A stretch of DNA of 64,000 nt from Eledone cirrhosa (lineage: Eukaryota): NCBI GenBank assembly GCA_964016885.1, contig CAXHJY010000096.1, forward strand, positions 1,426,001 through 1,490,000, written 5' to 3'. Below, in pieces: positions 1 to 10,000 of this stretch. Under the pieces are notes generated by a model. The model searched no databases. It saw nothing but the letters and a program-made list of their open reading frames with translations, and was not told where the DNA came from. Each line of letters starts with the position of its first letter. Position 1 is the stretch's first letter. The translations under genes and the position numbers were made by a program.

Positions 1-104
1 AGGGGAGATAATTTCCAGCCAGCCAAGGGGAGATAATTTGTAAAAAAATCAGGGGGAGATAATTTGTAAAAAATATCAGGGAGATAATTTGTAAAAAAAA
101 ATCA

Positions 105-131
105 GGGGGAGATAATTTGTAAAAAAAATCA
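105..131 (+). repeat. Representative A-type monomer GGGGGAGATAATTTGTAAAAAAAATCA (27 bp; A-tract mostly 7-10)
   Basis: Read directly. It occurs in runs of about 1-11 units; 8 of 27 bases are G/C. Confidence 0.98.
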
Positions 132-287
132 GGGGGAGATAATTTGTAAAAAAAAATCAGGGGGAGATAATTTGTAAAAAAAATCAAGGGGAGATAATTT
201 CCAGCCGTCCAAGGGGAGATAATTTTCAGCCGTCCAAGGAGAGGTAATTTCTAACCGTCCGAGGAGAGATAATTTCCAGCCGTCCAA

Positions 288-312
288 GGGGAGATAATTT
301 CCAGCCGTCCAA
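288..312 (+). repeat. Representative B-type monomer GGGGAGATAATTTCCAGCCGTCCAA (25 bp)
   Basis: Read directly. It occurs in runs of 1 to about 16 units; 13 of 25 bases are G/C. It has one CpG, and tandem units create CCAAGG (StyI site) across the junction. Confidence 0.98.
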
Positions 313-337
313 GGGGAGATAATTTCCAGCCGTCCAA

Positions 338-436
338 GGAGACATATTTTCCAGCCGTCCAAGGAGAGGTAATTTCTAGCCGTCCAAGGGGAGATAAATT
401 CCAGCCTCCAAGGGGAGATAATTTCCAGCCAGCCAA
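338..436 (+). repeat. Conserved four-monomer cassette ending long B-runs (GACATATTTT / GAGGTAATTTCTAG / GATAAATTCCAGCCTCC / CCAGCCAGCC)
   Basis: The same ordered variants recur at about 945, 2263, 3065, 4558, 6525, 9006, 10296 and 11098, and onward to about 62406. Confidence 0.9.
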
Positions 437-569
437 GGGGAGATAATTTGTAAAAAAATCAGGGGGAGATAATTTGCAAAAAAAATCAGGGGGAGATAAT
501 TTGTAAAAAAAATCAGGGGGAGATAATTTGTAAAAAATAATCAGGGGGAGATAATTTCCAGCCGTCCAA

Positions 570-683
570 GGGAAGATAATTTCCAGCCCTCCAAGGGGCT
601 ATAATTTCCAGTGTCCAAGGGGAGATAATTTCCAGCCAGCGAAGGGGAGATAATTTTTTTTAAAAAATCATTGGGAGATTTGT
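570..683 (+). repeat. Diagnostic variant cassette GGGAAG..CCCTCC / GGGGCTAT..CCAG(C/T)GTCC / CCAGCGAA / TnAn-TCATTGGGAGATTTGT
   Basis: I counted about 24 copies by eye. GGGGCTAT lies near 595, 2812, 8656, 10845, 14880, 17071, 18976, 21137, 22871, 24955, 26860, 29050, 30728, 32678, 38962, 40641, 42563, 47359, 48863, 51079, 52704, 54439, 59840 and 62055. Confidence 0.88.
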
Positions 684-1957
684 AAAAAAAATCAGGGGGA
701 GATAATTTGTAAAAAAAGTCAAGGGGAGATAATTTCCAGCCGTCCAAGGGGAGGTAATATCTAGCCGTCCAAGGGTAGATAATTTCCAGCCGTCCAACGG
801 GAGATAATTTCCAGCCGTCCAAGGGTAGATAATATCCAGCCGCCCAAGGACATATTTTCCAGCCGTCCAAGGAGAGGTAATTTCTAGCCGTCCAAGGGGA
901 GATAATTTCCAGCCGTCCAAGGGTAGATAATATCCAGCCGTCCAAGGACATATTTTCCAGCCGTCCAAGGAGAGGTAATTTCTAGCCGTCCAAGGGGAGA
1001 TAAATTCCAGCCTGCAAGGGGAGATAATTTCCAGCCAGCCAAGGGGAGATAATTTGTAAAAAAATCAGGGGGAGATAATTTGTAAAAAAAATCAGGGGGA
1101 GATAATTTGTAAAAAAAAATCAGGGGGAGATAATTTGTAAAAAAAAATCAGGGTGAGATAATTTGCAAAAAAAATCAGGGGGAGATAATTTGTAAAAGAA
1201 AATCAGGGGTAGATAATTTGTAAAAAAAAATCAGGGGGAGATAATTTGTAAAAAAAAATCAGGGGGAGATAATTTGTAAAAAAAATCAAGGGGAGATAAT
1301 TTCCAGCCGTCCAAGGAGAGATAATTTAAAAAAAAATCAGGCGGAGATAATTTGTAAAAAAAAATCAGGGGGAGATAATTTGTAAAAAAAATCAGGGGGA
1401 GATAATTTGTAAAAAAAAATCAGGGGTAGATAATTTGTAAAAAAAAATCAGGGGGAGATAATTTGTAAAAAAAAATCAGGAGGAGATAATTTGTAAAAAA
1501 AATCAAGGGGAGATAATTTCCAGCCGTCCAAGGAGAGATAATTTTAAAAAAAATCAGGCGGAGATAATTTGTAAAAAAAAATCAGGGGGAGATAATTTGT
1601 AAAAAAAAATCAGGGGGAGATAATTTGTAAAAAAAATCAAGGGGAGATAATTTCCAGCCGTCCAAGGGGAGATAATTTTCAGCCGTCCAAGGGGAGATAA
1701 TTTCCCGCCAGCCAAGGGAAGATAATATTCAAAAAAATCAGGCGGAGATAATTTGTAAAAAAAATCAGGGGGAGATAATTTGTAAAAAAATCAGGGGGAG
1801 ATAATTTGTAAAAAAAAAAATCAGGGGGAGATAATTTGTAAAAAAAATCAGGGGGAGATAATTTGTAAAAAAAATCAGGGGTAGATAATTTGTAAAAAAA
1901 AATCAGGGGGAGATAATTTGTAAAAAAAAATCAGGGGGAGATAATTTGTAAAAAAAA

Positions 1958-2361
1958 TGAAAGGGGAGATAATATCCAGCCGTCCAAGGGGAGATAATTT
2001 CCAGCCGTCCAAGGGGAGATAATTTCCAGCCGTCCAAGGGGAGATAAATTCCATCCTTCCAAGGGGATATAATTTCCAGCCGTCCAAGGGGAGATAATTT
2101 CCATCCTTCCAAGGGGATATAATTTCCAGCCGTCCAAGGGGAGATAATTTTCAGCCGTCCAAGGAGAGGTAATTTCTAGCCGTCCAAGGAGAGATAATTT
2201 CCAGCCGTCCAAGGGGAGATAATTTCCAGCCGTCCAAGGGGAGATAATTTCCAGCCGTCCAAGGAGACATATTTTCCAGCCGTCCAAGGAGAGGTAATTC
2301 CTAGCCGTCCAAGGGGAGATAAATTCCAGCCTCCAAGGGGAGATAATTTCCAGCCAGCCAA
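1958..2361 (+). repeat. Longest B-run type (about 16 units), opened by TGAAAGGGG and containing a 50-bp internal duplication (CCATCCTTCC..GGGGATAT twice)
   Basis: CCATCCTTCC occurs at 2051 and 2101. The same run recurs at about 9991, 16217, 20283, 24101, 28196, 32035, 38108, 41920, 48483 and 55745. Confidence 0.88.
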
Positions 2362-3329
2362 GGGGAGATAATTTGTAAAAAAAATCAGGGGGAGATAATT
2401 TGTAAAAAAAATCAGGGGGAGATAATTTGTAAAAAAAAATCAGGGGTAGATAATTTGTAAAAAATAATCAGGGGGAGATAATTTGTAAAAAAAATCAAGG
2501 GGAGATAATTTCCAGCCGTCCAAGGGGAGATAATTTTCAGCCGTCCAAGGGGAGATAATTTCCCGCCAGCCAAGGGAAGATAATATTTGAAAAAATTAGG
2601 CGGAGATAATTTGTAAAAAAAATCAGGGGGAGATAATTTGTAAAAAAATCAGGGGGAGATAATTTGTAAAAAAAATCAGGGGGAGATAATTTGTAAAAAA
2701 AATCAGGGGGAGATAATTTGTAAAAAAAAATCAGGGGGAGATAATTTGTAAAAAAAATCAAGGGGAGATAATTTCCAGCCGTCCAAGGGAAGATAATTTC
2801 CAGCCCTCCAAGGGGCTATAATTTCCAGCGTCCAAGGGGAGATAATTTCCAGCCAGCGAAGGGGAGATAATTTTTTTTAAAAAATCATTGGGAGATTTGT
2901 AAAAAAAATCAGGGGGAGATAATTTGTAAAAAAAATCAAGGGGAGATAATTTCCAGCCGTCCAAGGGGAGGTAATATCTAGCCGTCCAAGGGGAGATAAT
3001 TTCCAGCCGTCCAAGGGGAGATAATTTCCAGCCGTCCAAGGGTAGATAATATCCAGCCGTCCAAGGACATATTTTCCAGCCGTCCAAGGAGAGGTAATTT
3101 CTAGCCGTCCAAGGGGAGATAAATTCCAGCCTCCAAGGTGAGATAATTTCCAGCCAGCCAAGGGGAGATAATTTGTAAAAAAATCAGGGGGAGATAATTT
3201 GTAAAAAAAATCAGGGGGAGATAATTTGTAAAAAAAAATCAGGGGGAGATAATTTGTAAAAAAAAATCAGGGGGAGATAATTTGTAAAAAAAAATCAGGG
3301 GGAGATAATTTGTAAAAAAATCAAGGGGA

Positions 3330-6300
3330 GATAATTTGTAAAAAGAATCAGGGGGAGATAATTTGTAAAAAAAAATCAGGGGTAGATAAATTGTAAAAAA
3401 AAATCAGGGGGAGATAATTTGTAAAAAAAATCAGGGGGAGATAATTTGTAAAAAAAATGAAAGGGGAGATAATATCCAGCCGTCCAAGGGGAGATAATTT
3501 CCAGCCGTCCAAGGGGAGATAATTTCCAGCCGTCCAAGGGGAGATAATTTCCATCCTTCCAAGGGGATATAATTTCCAGCCGTCCAAGGGGAGATAATTT
3601 CCCGCCAGCCAAGGGAAGATAATTTTTAAAAAAATCAGGCGGAGATTGTAAAAAAATCAGGGGGGAGATAATTTGTAAAAAAATCAGGGGAAGATAATTT
3701 GTAAAAAAAAATCAGGGGGAGATAATTTGTAAAAAATAATCAGGGGGAGATAATTTGTAAAAAAAAATCAAGGGGAGATAATTTCCAGCCGTCCAAGGGG
3801 AGATAATTTCCCGCCAGCCAAGGGAAGATAATATTTAAAAAAATTAGGCGGAGATAATTTGTAAAAAAAATCATGGGGAGATAATTTGTAAAAAAATCAG
3901 GGGGAGATAATTTGTAAAAAAAATCAGGGGGAGATAATTTGTAAAAAAATTCATGGGGAGATAATTTGTAAAAAAAAATCAGGGGTAGATAATTTGTAAA
4001 AAAAAATCAGGGGGAGATAATTTGTAAAAAAAAATCAGGGGGAGATAATTTGTAAAAAAAATCAAGGGGAGATAATTTCCAGCCGTCCAAGGGGAGATAA
4101 TTTTCAGCCGTCCAAGGAGAGGTAATTTCTAGCCGTCCAAGGGGAGATAATTTCCAGCCGTCCAAGGGGAGGTAATTTCCAGCCGTCCAAGGGGAGATAA
4201 TTTTAAAAAAAAAATCAGGCGGAGATAATTTGTAAAAAAAATCAAGGGGAGATAATTTGCAGCCGTCCAAGGGGAGATAATTTTCAGTCGTCCAAGGAGA
4301 GGTAATTTCTAGCCGTCCAAGGGGAGATAATTGCCAGCCGTCCAAGGGGAGATAATTTCCAGCCGTCCAAGGGGAGATAATTTTTTTTTAAAAATCAGGC
4401 GGAGATAATTTGTAAAAAAAATCAGGGGGAGATAATTTGTAAACAAAATCAGGGGGAGATAATTTGTAAAAAAAAATCAGGGGGAGATAATTTGTAAAAA
4501 AAATCATGGAGAGATAATTTCCAGCCGTCCAAGGTGAGATAATTTCCAGCCGTCCAAGGAGACATATTTTCCAGCCGTCCAAGGCGAGGTAATTTCTAGC
4601 CGTCCAAGGGGAGATAAATTCCAGCCTCCAAGGGGAGATAATTTCCAGCCAGCCAAGTGGAGATAATTTGTAAAAAAATCAGGGGGAGATAATTTGTAAA
4701 AAATATCAGGGAGATAATTTGTAAAAAAAAATCAGGGGGAGATAATTTGTAAAAAAAATCAGGGGGAGATAATTTGTAAAAAAAAATCAGGGGGAGATAA
4801 TTTGTAAAAAAAATCAAGGGGAGATAATTTCCAGCCGTCCAAGGGGAGATAATTTTCAGCCGTCCAAGGGGAGATAATTTCCCGCCAGCCAAGGGAAGAT
4901 AATATTTAAAAAAATCAGGCGGAGATAATTTGTAAAAAAAATCAGGGGGAGATAATTTGTAAAAAAATCAGGGGGAGATAATTTGTAAAAAAAAAAATCA
5001 GGGGGAGATAATTTGTAAAAAAAATCAGGGGGAGATAATTTGTAAAAAACATCAAGGGGAGATAATTTCCAGCCGTCCAAGGGGAGATAATTTTCAGCCG
5101 TCCAAGGGGAGATAATTTGTAAAAAAAATCAAGGGGAGATAATTTCCAGCCGTCCAAGGGGAGATAATTTCCCGCCAGCCAAGGGAAGATAATATTTAAA
5201 AAAATCAGGCGGAGATAATTTGTAAAAAAAATCAGGGGGAGATAATTTGTAAAAAAATCAGGGGGAGATAATTTGTAAAAAAAAAATCAGGGGGAGATAA
5301 TTTGTAAAAAAAATCAGGGGGAGATAATTTGTAAAAAAAAATCAGGGGTAGATAAATTGTAAAAAAAAATCAGGGGGAGATAATTTGTAAAAAAAATCAG
5401 GGGGAGATAATTTGTAAAAAAAATGAAAGGGGAGATAATATCCAGCCGTCCAAGGGGAGATAATTTCCAGCCGTCCAAGGGGAGATAATTTCCAGCCGTC
5501 CAAGGGGAGATAATTTCCATCCTTCCAAGGGGATATAATTTCCAGCCGTCCAAGGGGAGATAATTTCCCGCCAGCCAAGGGAAGATAATTTTTAAAAAAA
5601 TCAGGCGGAGATTGTAAAAAAAATCAGGGGGGAGATAATTTGTAAAAAAATCAGGGGGAGATAATTTGTAAAAAAAAATCAGGGGGAGATAATTTGTAAA
5701 AAATAATCAGGGGGAGATAATTTGTAAAAAAAAATCAAGGGGAGATAATTTCCAGCCGTCCAAGGGGAGATAATTTCCCGCCAGCCAAGGGAAGATAATA
5801 TTTAAAAAAATTAGGCGGAGATAATTTGTAAAAAAAATCAGGGGGAGATAATTTGTAAAAAAATCAGGGGGAGATAATTTGTAAAAAAAATCAGGGGGAG
5901 ATAATTTGTAAAAAAAATCATGGGGAGATAATTTGTAAAAAAAAATCAGGGGTAGATAATTTGTAAAAAAAAATCAGGGGGAGATAATTTGTAAAAAAAA
6001 ATCAGGGGGAGATAATTTGTAAAAAAAATCAAGGGGAGATAATTTCCAGCCGTCCAAGGGGAGATAATTTTCAGCTGTCCAAGGAGAGGTAATTTCTAGC
6101 CGTCCAAGGGGAGATAATTTCCAGCCGTCCAAGGGGAGGTAATTTCCAGCCGTCCAAGGGGAGATAATTTAAAAAAAAAAATCAGGCGGAGATAATTTGT
6201 AAAAAAAATCAAGGGGAGATAATTTGCAGCCGTCCAAGGGGAGATAATTTTCAGTCGTCCAAGGAGAGGTAATTTCTAGCCGTCCAAGGGGAGATAATTG

Positions 6301-7000
6301 CCAGCCGTCCAAGGGGAGATAATTTCCAGCCGTCCAAGGGGAGATAATTTTTTTTAAAAAATCAGGCGGAGATAATTTGTAAAAAAAATCAGGGGGAGAT
6401 AATTTGTAAACAAAATCAGGGGGAGATAATTTGTAAAAAAAAATCAGGGGGAGATAATTTGTAAAAAAAATCATGGAGAGATAATTTCCAGCCGTCCAAG
6501 GTGAGATAATTTCCAGCCGTCCAAGGAGACATATTTTCCAGCCGTCCAAGGCGAGGTAATTTCTAGCCGTCCAAGGGGAGATAAATTCCAGCCTCCAAGG
6601 GGAGATAATTTCCAGCCAGCCAAGTGGAGATAATTTGTAAAAAAATCAGGGGGAGATAATTTGTAAAAAATATCAGGGAGATAATTTGTAAAAAAAAATC
6701 AGGGGGAGATAATTTGTAAAAAAAATCAGGGGGAGATAATTTGTAAAAAAAAATCAGGGGGAGATAATTTGTAAAAAAAATCAAGGGGAGATAATTTCCA
6801 GCCGTCCAAGGGGAGATAATTTTCAGCCGTCCAAGGGGAGATAATTTCCCGCCAGCCATGGGAAGATAATATTTAAAAAAATCAGGCGGAGATAATTTGT
6901 AAAAAAAATCAGGGGGAGATAATTTGTAAAAAAATCAGGGGGAGATAATTTGTAAAAAAAAAATCAGGGGGAGATAATTTGTAAAAAAAATCAGGGGAAG
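3330..7000 (+). repeat. Higher-order tandem duplication, period about 1,966-1,967 bp
   Basis: Identical translated blocks at 3348/5314 and 4596/6563. Shared variants include GTAAACAAAA, TCATGGAGAG, GGCGAGG and CCAAGTGG. Confidence 0.85.
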
Positions 7001-10000
7001 ATAATTTGTAAAAAAAAATCAGGGGTAGATAATTTGTAAAAAAAAATCAGGGGGAGATAATTTGTAAAAAAAAATCAGGGGGAGATAATTTGTAAAAAAA
7101 TGAAAGGGGAGATAATATCCAGCCGTCCAAGGGGAGATAATTTCCAGCCGTCCAAGGGGATATAATTTCCAGCCGTCCAAGGGGAGATAATTTCCATCCT
7201 TCCAAGGGGATATAATTTCCAGCCGTCCAAGGGGAGATAATTTCCCGCCAGCCAAGGGAAGATAATTTTTAAAAAAATCAGGCGGAGATTGTAAAAAAAA
7301 TCAGGGGGGAGATAATTTGTAAAAAAATCAGGAGGAGATAATTTGTAAAAAATAATCAGGGGGAGATAATTTGTAAAAAAATTCAAGGGGAGATAATTTC
7401 CAGCCGTCCAAGGGGAGATAATTTCCCGCCAGCCAAGGGAAGATAATATTTAAAAAAATTAGGCGGAGATAATTTGTAAAAAAAATCAGGGGGAGATAAT
7501 TTGTAAAAAAATCAGGGGGAGATAATTTGTAAAAAAAATCAGGGGGAGATAATTTGTAAAAAAAATCATGGGGAGATAATTTGTAAAAAAAAATCAGGGG
7601 TAGATAATTTGTAAAAAAAAATCAGGGGGAGATAATTTGTAAAAAAAAATCAGGGGGAGATAATTTGTAAAAAAAATCAAGGGGAGATAATATCCAGCCG
7701 TCCAAGGAGAGATAATTTAAAAAAAAAATGAGGCGGAGATAATTTGTAAAAAAAAAATCAGGGGGAGTTAATTTGTAAAAAAAAATGAGGGGGAGATAAT
7801 TTGTAAAAGAAATCAAGGGGAGATAATTTCCAGCCGTCCAAGGGGAGATAATTTTCAGCCGTCCAAGGAGAGGTAATTTCTAGCCGTCCAAGGGGAGATA
7901 ATTTCCAGCCGTCCAAGGGGAGGTAATTTCCAGCCGTCCAAGGGGAGATAAATTAAAAAAAAAATCAGGCGGAGATAATTTGTAAAAAAAATCAAGGGGA
8001 GATAATTTGCAGCCGTCCAATGGGAGATAATTTTCAGTCGTCCAAGGAGAGGTAATTTCTAGCCGTCAAAGGGGAGATAATTTCCAGCCGTCCAAGGGGA
8101 GATAATTTCCAGCCGTCCAAGGGGAGATAATTTTTTTTTAAAAATCAGGCGGAGATAATTTGTAAAAAAAATCAGGGGGAGATAATTTGTAAACAAAATC
8201 AGGGGGAGATAATTTGTAAAAAAAAATCAGGGGGAGATAATTTGTAAAAAAAATTAGGCGTAGATAATTTGTAAAAAAAAATCAGGGGGAGATAATTTGT
8301 AAAAAAAAATCAGGGGGAGATAATTTGTTTAAAAAATCAAGGGGAGATAATTTGCAGCCGTCCAAGGGGAGATAATTTTCAGCCGTCCAAGGAGAGGTAA
8401 TTTCTAGCCGTTCAAGGGGAGATAATTTCCAGCCGTCCAAGGGGAGATAATTTCCAGCCGTCCAAGGGGAGATAATTTTTTTTTAAAAATCAGGCGGAGA
8501 TAATTTGTAAAAAAAAATCAGGGGGAGATAATTCGTAAAAAAAAATCAGGGGGAGATAATTTGTAAAAAAAAATCAGGGGGAGATAATTTGTAAAAAAAA
8601 TCAAGGGGAGATAATTTCCAGCCGTCCAAGGGAAGATAATTTCCAGCCCTCCAAGGGGCTATAATTTCCAGCGTCCAAGGGGAGATAATTTCCAGCCAGC
8701 GAAGGGGAGATAATTTTTTAAAAAAAATCATTGGGAGATTTGTAAAAAAAATCAGGGGGAGATAATTTGTAAAAAAAATCAAGGGGAGATAATTTCCAGC
8801 CGTCCAAGGGGAGGTAATATCTAGCCGTCCAAGGGTAGATAATTTCCAGCCGTCCAACGGGAGATAATTTCCAGCCGTCCAAGGGTAGATAATATCCAGC
8901 CGCCCAAGGACATATTTTCCAGCCGTCCAAGGAGAGGTAATTTCTAGCCGTCCAAGGGGAGATAATTTCCAGCCGTCCAAGGGTAGATAATATCCAGCCG
9001 TCCAAGGACATATTTTCCAGCCGTCCAAGGAGAGGTAATTTCTAGCCGTCCAAGGGGAGATAAATTCCAGCCTCCAAGGGGAGATAATTTCCAGCCAGCC
9101 AAGGGGAGATAATTTGTAAAAAAATCAGGGGGAGATAATTTGTAAAAAAAATCAGGGGGAGATAATTTGTAAAAAAAAATCAGGGGGAGATAATTTGTAA
9201 AAAAAAATCAGGGGGAGATAATTTGCAAAAAAAATCAGGGGGAGATAATTTGTAAAAAAAAATCAGGGGTAGATAATTTGTAAAAAAAAATCAGGGGGAG
9301 ATAATTTGTAAAAAAAAATCAGGGGGAGATAATTTGTAAAAAAAATCAAGGGGAGATAATTTCCAGCCGTCCAAGGAGAGATAATTTAAAAAAAAATCAG
9401 GCGGAGATAATTTGTAAAAAAAAATCAGGGGGAGATAATTTGTAAAAAAAAATCAGGGGGAGATAATTTGTAAAAAAAAATCAGGGGGAGATAATTTGTA
9501 AAAAAAATCAGGAGGAGATAATTTGTAAAAAAAATCAAGGGGAGATAATTTCCAGCCGTCCAAGGAGAGATAATTTTAAAAAAAATCAGGCGGAGATAAT
9601 TTGTAAAAAAAAATCAGGGGGAGATAATTTGTAAAAAAAAATCAGGGGGAGATAATTTGTAAAAAAAATCAAGGGGAGATAATTTCCAGCCGTCCAAGGG
9701 GAGATAATTTTCAGCCGTCCAAGGGGAGATAATTTCCCGCCAGCCAAGGGAAGATAATATTCAAAAAAATCAGGCGGAGATAATTTGTAAAAAAAATCAG
9801 GGGGAGATAATTTGTAAAAAAATCAGGGGGAGATAATTTGTAAAAAAAAAAATCAGGGGGAGATAATTTTTAAAAAAAATCAGGGGGAGATAATTTGTAA
9901 AAAAAAATCAGGGGTAGATAATTTGTAAAAAAAAATCAGGGGGAGATAATTTGTAAAAAAAAATCAGGGGGAGATAATTTGTAAAAAAAATGAAAGGGGA

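Noticed and set aside
105-131. GGAG/GGGGAG Shine-Dalgarno-like and GATAAT -10-like motifs
   Set aside because: They are part of every monomer, are followed immediately by TAA, and have no downstream gene.
651-670. T-runs and TnAn hairpins as intrinsic terminators
   Set aside because: There is no GC-rich stem and no upstream transcription unit.
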